A stretch of 64,000 nucleotides of DNA from Patescibacteria group bacterium (lineage in GTDB: Bacteria > Patescibacteriota > Minisyncoccia > Phycocordibacterales > DATDWN01). Numbering within the stretch: position 1 is the stretch's first letter; every line of letters starts with the position of its first letter. Location of the stretch: positions 144,979 through 208,978 of the forward strand of contig JAZKJH010000003.1 in the NCBI GenBank assembly GCA_040384485.1. Direction: 5' to 3'. This document shows positions 19,274-28,965 of this stretch, one piece after another. Position numbers and translations under genes: made by a program. The notes under the pieces were generated by a model. It was not told the origin of the DNA. It saw nothing but the letters and a program-made list of their open reading frames with translations, and searched no databases.

Positions 19274-20827
19274 TTAAAAAGCCTGATACCTCTTTGGTCT
19301 GTATTGTAAGGCTTCTAGTATATGGTTTTCGGTTATTTCTTCACTCCCCTCCATGTCGGCTATGGTGCGAGCGAGTTTTATAATGCGGTGGTATGAACGA
19401 GCAGACAAGTCTAGTTGTTTGGCTGATTTGTTTAGTAAATCTTTCACATTTTCTGCAAGGTTTATTTTTGTAACCAGTTCTTTTGCAGAAAGTTCTGCAT
19501 TAGTTTTTATTTTTAAACCCTCATATCTTTTCTCTTGGATTTTTCTGGCCTTCGCAACTCTCGGTTTCATTTTGTCAGTTCCTTCGTGCAGTTCTCGCTT
19601 GTCTGTGAGTTTTTCGTGTTCTATTTTGGAAACCTCTACCCATAAGTCTATTCTGTCGACTATTGGGCCTGAAAGTTTTCGTTTATACTTTTCTATATTT
19701 TGAGCATTACAAACACATTCCTTACCTTTTACGCCATAATTCCCACAGGGACACGGGTTCATGGTGGCAACTAGAATAAAGTGAGCCGGGTATCTCACAC
19801 TTCCTTTTGCACGAGAAATAGTTACTTCCCTATCTTCTAGTGGTTGGCGCAACGTTTCTAAAACTTTAGTATCAAACTCGGGAAACTCGTCCAGGAACAA
19901 AACTCCTTTGTGGGCCAAGGTAACTTCCCCTGGTTTCAGGTTCGCTCCTCCACCCACCAAGGAAACATATGAAGATGTGTGATGTGGGGCTCGAAACGGT
20001 GGATGTTCAACCAAACCTGTTTGCAATGAACCAGTAACAGAATAAATAGAAGTCACCTCTAATTTGTCATCAAAGGAAAGTTCTGGAAGTAGGTGTGTAA
20101 AAGCTTTGGCCAACATAGTTTTTCCAGTTCCTGGTGGTCCGTACATAATAATGTTGTGTCCTCCAGCAGCTGCAATCTCCAATCCTCGCTTGGCAGATTC
20201 TTGACCTTTGATATCGGCAAAATCAATATCTATTTCCCGAGCTTTTGTCTCAGTATTGTTTCTTTTATATTCAGCAATTTTTTCTGTGGTAAGTGTTTCA
20301 TCCTCACTCTCTTTCTCATTAATATGTTTTACGACTTCTAGCAAATTCTTTGCACCAAATATTTTTACACCATTTATGTTGCTAGCCTCTTCAGCATTGT
20401 CTAAAGGTAAGAATATTTCAGTGAAACCTTCTTTTTGAGCTTTTTGAGTTATCGGCAGTATTCCTTTTACTGAACGCAACTCACCATCCAAAGAAAGTTC
20501 TCCGACAAAAAGCCTATTCTTTGTATCGGCTTCTATGTCCTCACTAGCAATTAGGTAAGCAACAGCGATTGGTAGATCGAACAATGGTCCCTCCTTTTTA
20601 ACATCTGCTGGAGCAAGGGAGACAACCACTTTTTGGTTTTTGTTTTTTGGTGATTTCCAACCAGAGTTTTTTATAGCAGAAGATACTCTGTCTTTGGATT
20701 CATCCACTGACTTGTTGGCAAGTCCAACTATAGAAAAAGAGTGGAGCCCTCGAGAGAGATCCACTTCTATATCTATGATTTCCGCATTTAGGAGAGTTGT
20801 TTGAGCGCTGTAAACTTTGGAAATCAT
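19274..20827 (-). CDS. comM: YifB/ComM Mg-chelatase-like AAA+ helicase
   Basis: GELSLDG, GPPGTGKT, PFRAPHH, LFLDEFPEF, NPCPCG, LSGPIVDRID. Confidence 0.93.
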   Translation of the reverse strand: MISKVYSAQTTLLNAEIIDIEVDLSRGLHSFSIVGLANKSVDESKDRVSSAIKNSGWKSPKNKNQKVVVSLAPADVKKEGPLFDLPIAVAYLIASEDIEADTKNRLFVGELSLDGELRSVKGILPITQKAQKEGFTEIFLPLDNAEEASNINGVKIFGAKNLLEVVKHINEKESEDETLTTEKIAEYKRNNTETKAREIDIDFADIKGQESAKRGLEIAAAGGHNIIMYGPPGTGKTMLAKAFTHLLPELSFDDKLEVTSIYSVTGSLQTGLVEHPPFRAPHHTSSYVSLVGGGANLKPGEVTLAHKGVLFLDEFPEFDTKVLETLRQPLEDREVTISRAKGSVRYPAHFILVATMNPCPCGNYGVKGKECVCNAQNIEKYKRKLSGPIVDRIDLWVEVSKIEHEKLTDKRELHEGTDKMKPRVAKARKIQEKRYEGLKIKTNAELSAKELVTKINLAENVKDLLNKSAKQLDLSARSYHRIIKLARTIADMEGSEEITENHILEALQYRPKRYQAF

Positions 20828-20842
20828 GGTTTTGGAGATACT

Positions 20843-21199
20843 TTACATATGAAGCTTACAAGTCTTGGCTGCAGGATTTGCCTCTAGTCTATCCTCTTCT
20901 ATTGGAGCCTCACATTCTTCACATACTCCATATGTTCCTTCCTCTATTTTGTCCAATGCCGCTTTTACTTCATTAAGTCTAAGCTCTAGTTGCTCGGTTA
21001 CGGCGTTATTGTTTGAAAATTCACTCATTGTATCTGCAACTTCCCCGTCATCAGCTGAATCAGTGTTCATTTCAGGCTCTACTCCCTCCCAGTCTTCTTT
21101 GTTGTCAGGGTTTATTCTGGCAACGCCTGAGATTTCCTTCTCTAGTATCACAAGCTCACCTTCTAGCAATTCTTTAAAATGTTGAATGTTTGTGTCCAT
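20843..21199 (-). CDS. TraR/DksA-family zinc-finger protein
   Basis: Acidic coiled coil followed by GTYGVCEECEAPIEEDRLEANPAAKTC. Confidence 0.88.
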   Translation of the reverse strand: MDTNIQHFKELLEGELVILEKEISGVARINPDNKEDWEGVEPEMNTDSADDGEVADTMSEFSNNNAVTEQLELRLNEVKAALDKIEEGTYGVCEECEAPIEEDRLEANPAAKTCKLHM

Positions 21200-21241
21200 A
21201 AATCTAATTGTATCAGAACAGGAAACCTGCGCAAATCATTT

Positions 21242-22195
21242 TTATCTAGGTTCTTTGATTGAAAGGTATTTCGTGAGGATGGCCGAGAAGATGTTCTCGT
21301 TTTTGGTTATAAGTAGGGTGTTTTTGTCTATGAAAGAATACAAAAACTGAGTTTTTCCTTGAGAGTCTTTCATTATTCGCATATCACGGTTTTTAAATTC
21401 TTTGTCGTAAAAAACAGCATCTATGGTGGAACTAGCATTTTTTTCCATAACAAATATATCCCCTAGATCTGATGGAATATCCTTTTCCCATCGAAGCATA
21501 CCAGCAAAACTCCCAGCAAAATCTTCGGTTTTTAAAATAATAAAAGGCTCATTGGTGTCAAAAGAATATACTCCCAACATATACTGTGGAGAAAAAGTTC
21601 TCTCAAGTGATGCCGGCATACTCGGCGATAATATTTCCAACACACTAGTTCTGTCAGCTTGGATTTGTGGGGATTTTTCTATATTTATATATAAAATAGA
21701 ATTGATCGGAGCATCAAAATTTTTCTTCGCGTCAGTTATTGCAGATGTGAGGGTGTTACGGTTTGTTTTGTCTAACTCCAGTACCATTTCTTCGGTAAAA
21801 GATAAAAGGGCTTTATCTCTTTGCTCAATCATTACTTGCTCGTTGGAACGCAGATAATATCCTGCACCAATGGCTAAACCACCCAATATAAGTAATAACC
21901 CACCAAGCACTGCAAAGAATTTATTTTTATCTTCAGTTTTTATTGAAAAGTTGGAAGAGGGAGAGTCAATCAAACTTTTATCTCTTTTGTTTTGTTCAGC
22001 TACGAAAATAGAAGTGGCAGAAGATCTGTCTTTGGTCATCGCTTCTTGTACGTCGCCCTGGTATGTTCTGAGGGATTTTATCGGATCATGAGTTTCTGTT
22101 TTTGGAGTGGGAGACGTGGAAGGATTTTGTTCAAGAACTTCTTCCGGATTTGTTATTGATTCTGGGATTTTTACTTCTTTATCTTCGGGATTCAT
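21242..22195 (-). CDS. Hypothetical single-pass membrane protein
   Basis: 317 aa with one TM; extended -10 TGATATAAT 6 nt before ATG. Confidence 0.75.
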   Translation of the reverse strand: MNPEDKEVKIPESITNPEEVLEQNPSTSPTPKTETHDPIKSLRTYQGDVQEAMTKDRSSATSIFVAEQNKRDKSLIDSPSSNFSIKTEDKNKFFAVLGGLLLILGGLAIGAGYYLRSNEQVMIEQRDKALLSFTEEMVLELDKTNRNTLTSAITDAKKNFDAPINSILYINIEKSPQIQADRTSVLEILSPSMPASLERTFSPQYMLGVYSFDTNEPFIILKTEDFAGSFAGMLRWEKDIPSDLGDIFVMEKNASSTIDAVFYDKEFKNRDMRIMKDSQGKTQFLYSFIDKNTLLITKNENIFSAILTKYLSIKEPR

Positions 22196-22239
22196 TTTTT
22201 TATTATATCAAAAAAACCGACAGGTGTCGGTTTTTTATA

Positions 22240-22794
22240 CTAGATCGTTCTCGGCACTCTTCTCGGTCTTTTGTTCCCAGGTCCACGGAATCCCAAGAGA
22301 TACTTGGCTGGATTGTCGTCCAAATCTATGAAGTCATCACAGATTTCTATCAGTTTGACAGAGGATGCTTTCCCAAAAGACATAACTTCTACCTGACACC
22401 CTTCGTTTACCTGTAAGTATTCTACTAGTGGTACAAAGTCCCCGTCTCCAGTAACAAGAATAATGGAATCTAGTTTAGGAGCCATTTTGATAGCGTCTAC
22501 AGCCAAACCCACATCCCAGTCCGCTTTTTTTGCCCCTCCAGAGAAAATCTGTAAGTTCTTTGTTTTAGTTTCGATTCCCGCTTTTTCCAGAGCCTCGAAG
22601 AAATTTTTCTCATCCCCTGCTTCTGTGGTTATCACATAAGCTAGTGCTCGAATAAGTTGTCTTCCTGCTAAGCCTTCTTTTACTACTTCCGCAAAGTTTA
22701 CCTTTGCTCCGTAGATGTTTTTTGCACAATGGTATAAGTTTTGTGTGTCTATAAAGATACCGACACGCTGGTTGTTGTGTTTGATTACACTCAT
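22240..22794 (-). CDS. NYN-domain (LabA/DUF88) protein
   Basis: IFIDTQN, KADWDVGLAVD, TGDGDFVPL, DDFIDL. Confidence 0.9.
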   Translation of the reverse strand: MSVIKHNNQRVGIFIDTQNLYHCAKNIYGAKVNFAEVVKEGLAGRQLIRALAYVITTEAGDEKNFFEALEKAGIETKTKNLQIFSGGAKKADWDVGLAVDAIKMAPKLDSIILVTGDGDFVPLVEYLQVNEGCQVEVMSFGKASSVKLIEICDDFIDLDDNPAKYLLGFRGPGNKRPRRVPRTI

Positions 22795-22906
22795 AAATTA
22801 AAAATTAAATATAAAAATAGCTATTAAATAAAACAAATATATAAAAATAATAATGCTTACTCCTAAATAATAACATAGAAACAAATAGATCGCGTTGAAC
22901 AAAACA

Positions 22907-22926
22907 TCCCCTTTCGGGGAGTTTTA
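22907..22926 (-). terminator. Hairpin terminator after rpsO
   Basis: TCCCC-TTTC-GGGGA stem-loop with adjacent A/T runs. Confidence 0.6.
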
Positions 22927-23193
22927 TTATTTCTTTAGACCGAGTTTTTTGTTTAAAGCGTTGAATCTTCGAGGGTTTTTCTTCTCTAGGTATTTCATGT
23001 GTGCTTTTCTGTCCGCAACCATTTGTAGTAAACCTCTTCTTGAGTGGTTATCTTTTGCGTTTTTCTTTAGGTGAGAAGCTAGTTCGTCTATTCTTTTAGA
23101 CAAAATAGCGATTTGTACCTCTGGAGAACCAGTATCTGTGTCGTGTACCTGTGTTTCCTTGATTATTTTAGATTTTTTCGTTTTTGTAAGCAT
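22927..23193 (-). CDS. rpsO: 30S ribosomal protein S15 (start revised to ATG 23193)
   Basis: DTGSPEVQIA, HLKKNAKDNHSRRGLL. Confidence 0.96.
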   Translation of the reverse strand: MLTKTKKSKIIKETQVHDTDTGSPEVQIAILSKRIDELASHLKKNAKDNHSRRGLLQMVADRKAHMKYLEKKNPRRFNALNKKLGLKK

Positions 23194-23330
23194 TGAATAG
23201 AGAATATCATACATCCATCTTTTTTGCAAGGGGCTATATTGAGCCATTATCTCTTAAATCAAGAGATTTTAAGGATATTTTTTGACACCAATGGCTTATA
23301 ATGATATAAAACTACCGGGAGGTACACATA

Positions 23331-23720
23331 GTGTACAAATTGAATGTGTTGGGTCTTTTGAAGTCGAATATCGAAGCGGTACGTCACAAGGCTGCTCAGT
23401 GGGCCAAGTCAGCCCCTATCGAGGAGGTACTGAAGCATGTGCCTGGTGCGGTGTTCGGTCAGACCGTCGGACCGACCGAGGTGGATCAGAAGCAAAGGGC
23501 AAAACGGATTCTGACCAAGATCCGCGCCCGCGTAAGCGAAGTTGACGCCAAGCGCATCCGGACTGAACTGCAAGGGCTCAAGCCGAAAACGGAGGCCTAC
23601 AGCGAAAAACGCGACTCTTTATCCCGATCTCTGGGGTACACTCGTCGTCAGGTAGGTGCAGCTGCAACAGGTATTGAAAGGGCAGCTAAACGCAAAAAGG
23701 CTCAGCCGAAAAAGAAATAG
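23331..23720 (+). CDS. Orphan basic protein in a self-contained cassette
   Basis: TTGACA 23282-23287, SD GGGAGG 23317-23322, terminator AAAGGTACC-GCAA-GGTACCTTT 23734-23755; GC-richer than flanks. Confidence 0.7.
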   Translation: MYKLNVLGLLKSNIEAVRHKAAQWAKSAPIEEVLKHVPGAVFGQTVGPTEVDQKQRAKRILTKIRARVSEVDAKRIRTELQGLKPKTEAYSEKRDSLSRSLGYTRRQVGAAATGIERAAKRKKAQPKKK

Positions 23721-23816
23721 TTCGAACCAATACAAAGGTACCGCAAGGTACCTTTTCTTTATATATCAACACAAAGGGAATAGTGTCGCACAATATTATG
23801 TTACAATTTATACATA

Positions 23817-24794
23817 ATGGCTTCGCTTAAAGATTTAAAAACTCAGTTTCTAGAATACATAGAGATAGAACGAGGTCGCTCTCTTAAAACTGTAGAAAAT
23901 TATGACCGATACATATCTAGGTTTTTAGGATTTTTGAAAAACGATGACCCGACAACAATAACCGACTCATCTGTTCGCGAGTTCCGTCTGTGGCTCAACA
24001 GACAACCAAACTTGCCATGGAAAACTCTTTTGAAAAACTCCGGGGTTGTGAAAAACAGGGATATAGACAAAACTCTTTCCAAAAGAACCCAGAACTACTA
24101 CCTCATTGCTCTACGCGCTTTTCTCAAGTACCTTGCACGCCAAGGTGTAAAAAGCATGTCTGCTGAAAGAATAGAGCTGGCAAAAGTAAGTGAACGTTCG
24201 CTAGATTTGATAACTCCAAACGAAATGTCTAGACTTATGTCCGCTCCAAACGGAAGTGACCTCAAATCTCTTCGCGACAAAGCCATCCTCGAGCTACTTT
24301 TCTCAACAGGACTCCGTGTGTCTGAGTTGTGTTCCCTACCTAGAGATATGGATATCAACTCTGACGAGCTATCTATTCGAGGAAAAGGTGGCAAGGTCCG
24401 AGTAGTTTTCATATCTGATGAAGCTCGAAATGCTGTGAAGACGTACCTAGCAAAAAGAAAAGATATGGAGGATGCATTGTTTGTGCGAGTAGGACGAGAT
24501 GGAGAGAAAAAAGCTAGTAAAAAAGAAATCAGTACCAGTAGTGCTTTGAACAGACACTCTATAGAAAGAATAGTTCGCCACTATGCAACTAAGGCTGGTT
24601 TGTCGAAAAAAGTTACTCCCCACACCATGCGCCACTTGTTTGCAACAGATTTACTATCAAACGGAGCAGATATTCGCTCAGTCCAAGCACTACTAGGGCA
24701 TTCTAGTATCATAACTACACAGATATATACACATGTGACGGATAGACATCTGAAGGATATACACAAAAAGTTCCACGGCAAAAACAAACGATAA
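23817..24794 (+). CDS. XerC/XerD-family tyrosine recombinase
   Basis: TGLRVSEL, GKGGK.R, HTMRHLFAT, LGHSSIITTQIY (R-K-H-R-H-Y catalytic set). Confidence 0.93.
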   Translation: MASLKDLKTQFLEYIEIERGRSLKTVENYDRYISRFLGFLKNDDPTTITDSSVREFRLWLNRQPNLPWKTLLKNSGVVKNRDIDKTLSKRTQNYYLIALRAFLKYLARQGVKSMSAERIELAKVSERSLDLITPNEMSRLMSAPNGSDLKSLRDKAILELLFSTGLRVSELCSLPRDMDINSDELSIRGKGGKVRVVFISDEARNAVKTYLAKRKDMEDALFVRVGRDGEKKASKKEISTSSALNRHSIERIVRHYATKAGLSKKVTPHTMRHLFATDLLSNGADIRSVQALLGHSSIITTQIYTHVTDRHLKDIHKKFHGKNKR

Positions 24795-24844
24795 TATTGA
24801 CATATCAGTTTTTTAGTGTATTATCCAGAAAGGAGTAAATACAA

Positions 24845-25096
24845 ATGAGTGTTGTTCGTATGCATCGTGGTCGTGTTGTAAAAACACGACAAGTCATTAA
24901 CTTGAAACTACCAGGAACCTTCGGCGCTTTCACTGCTGATGACCTTGGGTGTGAGTTTGTAACTCAAGGTGTCAGAAACAAGTTGGTTCAGAACAGAGAC
25001 CAGCTTGCTGGACATGTTCTGGAAGGAAAAGATAAGGGCCGCTCCTTTATTTACCAACCACAACTGAAAGTATCCAATATCGTTCGGGAACCTTGA
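24845..25096 (+). CDS. Orphan small protein (paralog A)
   Basis: TTGACA-16-TATTAT (24797-24824), SD AAGGAG, terminator 25102-25124; motif shared with next ORF. Confidence 0.75.
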   Translation: MSVVRMHRGRVVKTRQVINLKLPGTFGAFTADDLGCEFVTQGVRNKLVQNRDQLAGHVLEGKDKGRSFIYQPQLKVSNIVREP

Positions 25097-25196
25097 ATAC
25101 TACCTCGCATAAGCGAGGTTTTTTATATGTAGTTGACAGTACCTACCTGTTCATATATAAAACAATACAGAAACGGCTTTTGCGTGGGAGATTTAT

Positions 25197-25493
25197 ATGG
25201 GTTCAAGTGCAAGTTCGAGCGCGTTGCTGGGAAAAGGCCTTCAGGGTCGAGTGGTAGTCACGAAACCTCGTGGCACTGAGGGCACATTTGGGTATTTCAT
25301 ATTCCCGATCGATCTCGGAGCAAGGTTTCGATACAACGGTGTTTTGTTTCAAGTTGTTCATTTGCCCGGCGATGGGCGGGACACTATCGGGGCTCTCTGT
25401 CTCGAGGGTTCCGAAGCAAATTATGTACACCGGTTTACCGACACTGTGTCGATTACGGATGTTGCCCTGCATCATCCATTGAAACCACGATAG
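25197..25493 (+). CDS. Orphan small protein (paralog B)
   Basis: TTGACA 25133-25138, SD GGGAG, terminator ATCCGCCC-CTCC-GGGCGGAT 25499-25518. Confidence 0.72.
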   Translation: MGSSASSSALLGKGLQGRVVVTKPRGTEGTFGYFIFPIDLGARFRYNGVLFQVVHLPGDGRDTIGALCLEGSEANYVHRFTDTVSITDVALHHPLKPR

Positions 25494-25640
25494 AAGATAT
25501 CCGCCCCTCCGGGCGGATTTTATTTTGACAAAAGGTGTTATTCATTGACTTTGTGTATAAGTAATGTAGAGTAAAAAGGGAATGTAATTTGACTTTGGTT
25601 GTTTAAAACAACCGTTTAAATGGCTATCTAAGGAGGGTTT

Positions 25641-26291
25641 GTGGTAAAAGGAAAGCGAAGCCTGATTCCAGCCGTCATCACTCAAAGCAGGACCGAACTT
25701 GTACCTGGGAATGTACGAGTTAAGTCCATTGCTTTTAAGCTCCGATGGAGTGTGTACACCGTGATCAAAAGGGTGGAAAGCTCGCTGACTTCCAAGGTGG
25801 AGCAGGAAGTCTACCTCTTGATTGCCGGTGGTTATAGGATTCAGCCCGAATCCCTCCTGAAAATGCTTAAAGTTTTTAGAGGAGAGGATGGTTTGCGCCC
25901 TTGCGATCAGGAATATAACCAGGTCGGAAAGAACTTGTTTAAAAGCAAGTTTGACGATGTGGTTGAAAAAGTTGAACAGGCTCTTGTTCTGGTGGATAAA
26001 AGTTCTGATTCTGCTGACTACATGATGAGTATGGAGTCAGCTGCTCAACTGGTTGAGGCTTATGGTGGCCACTCAGAAGAAATTCTCGGAGAAATTGTGG
26101 AGAATCTGGCTGATGTGGCTAAATTGCTCAGAATCAAATCTGAAACACCACGAGTTATCGTGGGTGTGGCGATTAAGGTTTTGGTAAAGAAAATAACCGA
26201 CAGCTCTCAGGGGTCAACATTGCCTATGACGATTGAAGAAATGTTCAGTAGTCGAGGAAAGGAAGTAAAGAATAGAGGCTTCCGTGAGTGA
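25641..26291 (+). CDS. Orphan helical protein
   Basis: SD AAGGAGG before GTG; overlaps the next ORF by 8 nt. Confidence 0.7.
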   Translation: MVKGKRSLIPAVITQSRTELVPGNVRVKSIAFKLRWSVYTVIKRVESSLTSKVEQEVYLLIAGGYRIQPESLLKMLKVFRGEDGLRPCDQEYNQVGKNLFKSKFDDVVEKVEQALVLVDKSSDSADYMMSMESAAQLVEAYGGHSEEILGEIVENLADVAKLLRIKSETPRVIVGVAIKVLVKKITDSSQGSTLPMTIEEMFSSRGKEVKNRGFRE

Positions 26292-27447
26292 AACTTCCAG
26301 AAATCTAAGAAAGCGAATGGTTAATGAGTTTCCAAACGGGAACCCATTAGCTTTGATTGGTGTAGCAACTCAAGTGTTGGATTTGGGACTTACTGCTGAT
26401 GAGTTGTTTGACTACATCGTAAAAGATGTAGCCCGTCGACTCGTTATGAAGTTTCACCCAGACAGGTCCGTTCCTGAAAGCCAAACAGTAGACACTGAAC
26501 TTCAAAGGAAGTATTCAGAGGCTTACGAGCTTTTGAAAAACAGAACTACCTTTGACAGGGCTATGGCCGAGTTCAGAGCCTTGAGGTCCGAAGAGCGAAA
26601 CGAGACAAAACACTTGCGTCGAGCACTCGAAGATGCGCGAAAGAAGATTGAGCGCATCAGCTCAAAAGACAAGGAGTTGCTTTCGAGAGAGAGAAAACTC
26701 AGTGTCGATACCAGCAAGTTGGCCGAAGCTCGTGAGATTTTTTCCAAAGAGCAGCATGAGCAAAGCTTGATTGTTCCAAAACTTGAGAATCATATCGAAA
26801 GCATGAGTGATCGATATGAAAAAGCTCGGCTAGCATCCTCGTACCACAGAAAACTATTTGATGGACTTCATCGATACTTTTCCTATCTTGGCGACATAAA
26901 AGGCAGTCTCGGCACTCATGTTTTGGATGCAAGATGGGTGATGGTCGCTGTTTTACTTCCAAAGTTCAAGGCGAACAAAGTAATAAAGCCTGAGGACGAA
27001 GGAAAGTGGACGGAAGAATTCCTCAAATCTGTTGGGCACTTAGAGATTCCAGTGGAGACGCTGGAACAGGTTCTTGAGAGATGGATACAGATGCAGAAAA
27101 GTTTCTATAGTTTTCCAAACTTAGAAGCTACAAAATACCTGCATCCTAGACTGTGTGTAATGGAACTTTCTGGCGCAAAACCCAGACCGATCCTTGGACT
27201 AGATCATCCTGGCCCTGTCGGGCGGATTATTGGGTCAATACCCAATTCGCTGGAGCAGTTCGATTTGCTCAGTTTGAAGAATTTGGTTCCAAGAACGACT
27301 ATGTTCGAGGAAACCATACCGTTTGTAGTTGAGGGAGGACTTCTCGTTTCAACTATGTTTCTGAAAACTAGCAAATTTCATGCTAACGACCCTGGTGAAG
27401 CCCATTTTGCGAGAGAGACTCGCAGGCTCATCCTGGGAGTTGGATAG
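26284..27447 (+). CDS. Orphan protein with a J-domain-like HPD segment and coiled coil
   Basis: RRLVMKFHPDR...KYSEAYELLK; downstream terminator-like ACCGAATCG...CGATTCGGTTTTTTT. Confidence 0.7.
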   Translation: MSETSRNLRKRMVNEFPNGNPLALIGVATQVLDLGLTADELFDYIVKDVARRLVMKFHPDRSVPESQTVDTELQRKYSEAYELLKNRTTFDRAMAEFRALRSEERNETKHLRRALEDARKKIERISSKDKELLSRERKLSVDTSKLAEAREIFSKEQHEQSLIVPKLENHIESMSDRYEKARLASSYHRKLFDGLHRYFSYLGDIKGSLGTHVLDARWVMVAVLLPKFKANKVIKPEDEGKWTEEFLKSVGHLEIPVETLEQVLERWIQMQKSFYSFPNLEATKYLHPRLCVMELSGAKPRPILGLDHPGPVGRIIGSIPNSLEQFDLLSLKNLVPRTTMFEETIPFVVEGGLLVSTMFLKTSKFHANDPGEAHFARETRRLILGVG

Positions 27448-27551
27448 TGGAATATAAAATATACACCGAATCGCATGGTCCTAATACGACTATCCGATTC
27501 GGTTTTTTTGTATTATCACTTTGGATTACCATTTGGTACAATTCTATTTAT

Positions 27552-28358
27552 ATGAAAATCATCAGTTGGAATTTAAACGGCATTCGTGCAGTACACAAAA
27601 AAGGTCTTTTTAACGAATTTATAGACAAACACAAGCCAGATATTGTTTGTTTTCAAGAAACAAAAGCCCAGGAGGAACAAAGTGAGGTTGATTTGCCAGA
27701 CTACACTGAGTATTGGAACTCCGCGGTGAAAAAAGGCTACAGTGGAACAGCCATTTTCCATAACAACAAAAACGGCCCCCTACCAATTTCCATAACTAAA
27801 GATTTTCCAGAGAAAATAGTAAAAAAATACAAACTAGAAGATAAGTATGGCGACCCGAACACAGAGGGTCGTGTGATAACTGCAGAATACGAAGATTTTT
27901 ATTTAGTCACTGTATATACTCCGAATGCCAAAGACGACTTGTCGCGAATCCCCCTACGACACCTTGGTTGGGATCCAGCTTTTCTAGAACATGTGCAAGA
28001 GTTAGATAAACACAAACCAGTTATTTTCTGCGGAGACTTAAACGTTGCCCATACTGAAGACGATCTTGCTCGACCGAAAGACAATGTTGGTAAAAAAGGT
28101 TTTACTGCTGAAGAGCGAGAAGGAATCCAGAAATTTATTGATGCAGGTTTTGTAGATACCTTTCGGATATTTAGGGAAGGCAACGGGCACTACACCTGGT
28201 GGAGTCATTTTGCTAACGCTCGCGAGCGCAATGTCGGCTGGAGAATAGACTACTTTTTTGTAAGTAAAAGAATAAAAAATAAAGTAAAAAAAGCAGAAAT
28301 ACTCCCAGAGGTTTTAGGTTCAGATCATTGCCCGGTAGTTATAGAGATAGATTTGTAA
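27552..28358 (+). CDS. xth: Exodeoxyribonuclease III / AP endonuclease (start revised to ATG 27552)
   Basis: MKIISWNLNGIRA, QETK, KKGYSGTA, GDLNVAH, GWRIDY, GSDHCP. Confidence 0.95.
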   Translation: MKIISWNLNGIRAVHKKGLFNEFIDKHKPDIVCFQETKAQEEQSEVDLPDYTEYWNSAVKKGYSGTAIFHNNKNGPLPISITKDFPEKIVKKYKLEDKYGDPNTEGRVITAEYEDFYLVTVYTPNAKDDLSRIPLRHLGWDPAFLEHVQELDKHKPVIFCGDLNVAHTEDDLARPKDNVGKKGFTAEEREGIQKFIDAGFVDTFRIFREGNGHYTWWSHFANARERNVGWRIDYFFVSKRIKNKVKKAEILPEVLGSDHCPVVIEIDL

Positions 28359-28359
28359 T

Positions 28360-28965
28360 TTATTCACTAATACCTCCAAACTGTATTTCCGGCAGAGTTA
28401 TCGAAGAAAACTTTTCATTGGCAACTTTAGGAATAGGTCTAGTAATATCTTTCATTTTTGGGCTATTCGGTTTTAAGGGTTCTTGCCCAATAACTTCCGT
28501 GTGTATATCCCCTCCTACAAAGCCGAGTGTGATGTGAAAATATCTAGAAGGTAATCCGATTTTTGCTCGGAACTCTTGTAATGCAGGAATATCCAATGCG
28601 ACAAAAGATGTTTTCTTTACTGTATCAACTTCTCTCATTTTAAATTCTTCTCCAGCTCCATCTATTACACCAATCCCTTGGATAGTTATTCCTTCGCCAT
28701 TCAGAATCTGTTTGTTTATCTCATTCAATTCTGCTAACTGCTCTTCAGTCAAAGTTGCCAGTACTTTTGACTCTGCCGGTCCAATAATAGTTAAGTGAAA
28801 ACCATCTTCCCTGGGTGCGAAATTTATTCCCGTTTGTTGCTTCAGCTCTTCCAAAGTCTGACCAAGGTCAGTTTTAATCTCCACTTCCAGAGATTTCATT
28901 TGCTGGATTTTTTCTAAAGTTAGCTCACTACTTTCTTCTGTTGGCATTGCATCGAGTTCTTTCAT
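28360..28965 (-). CDS. 2H phosphoesterase-family protein
   Basis: Two HxT motifs ~85 aa apart (FHLTII, FHITLGF) followed by GDIH. Confidence 0.7.
   Translation of the reverse strand: MKELDAMPTEESSELTLEKIQQMKSLEVEIKTDLGQTLEELKQQTGINFAPREDGFHLTIIGPAESKVLATLTEEQLAELNEINKQILNGEGITIQGIGVIDGAGEEFKMREVDTVKKTSFVALDIPALQEFRAKIGLPSRYFHITLGFVGGDIHTEVIGQEPLKPNSPKMKDITRPIPKVANEKFSSITLPEIQFGGISE

Noticed and set aside
23817-27510. Integron (tyrosine recombinase followed by small cassettes)
   Set aside because: No attC-like sites recognised; the cassettes have their own promoters and ordinary terminators; the enzyme looks like a chromosomal Xer; identical cassette grammar occurs far from it
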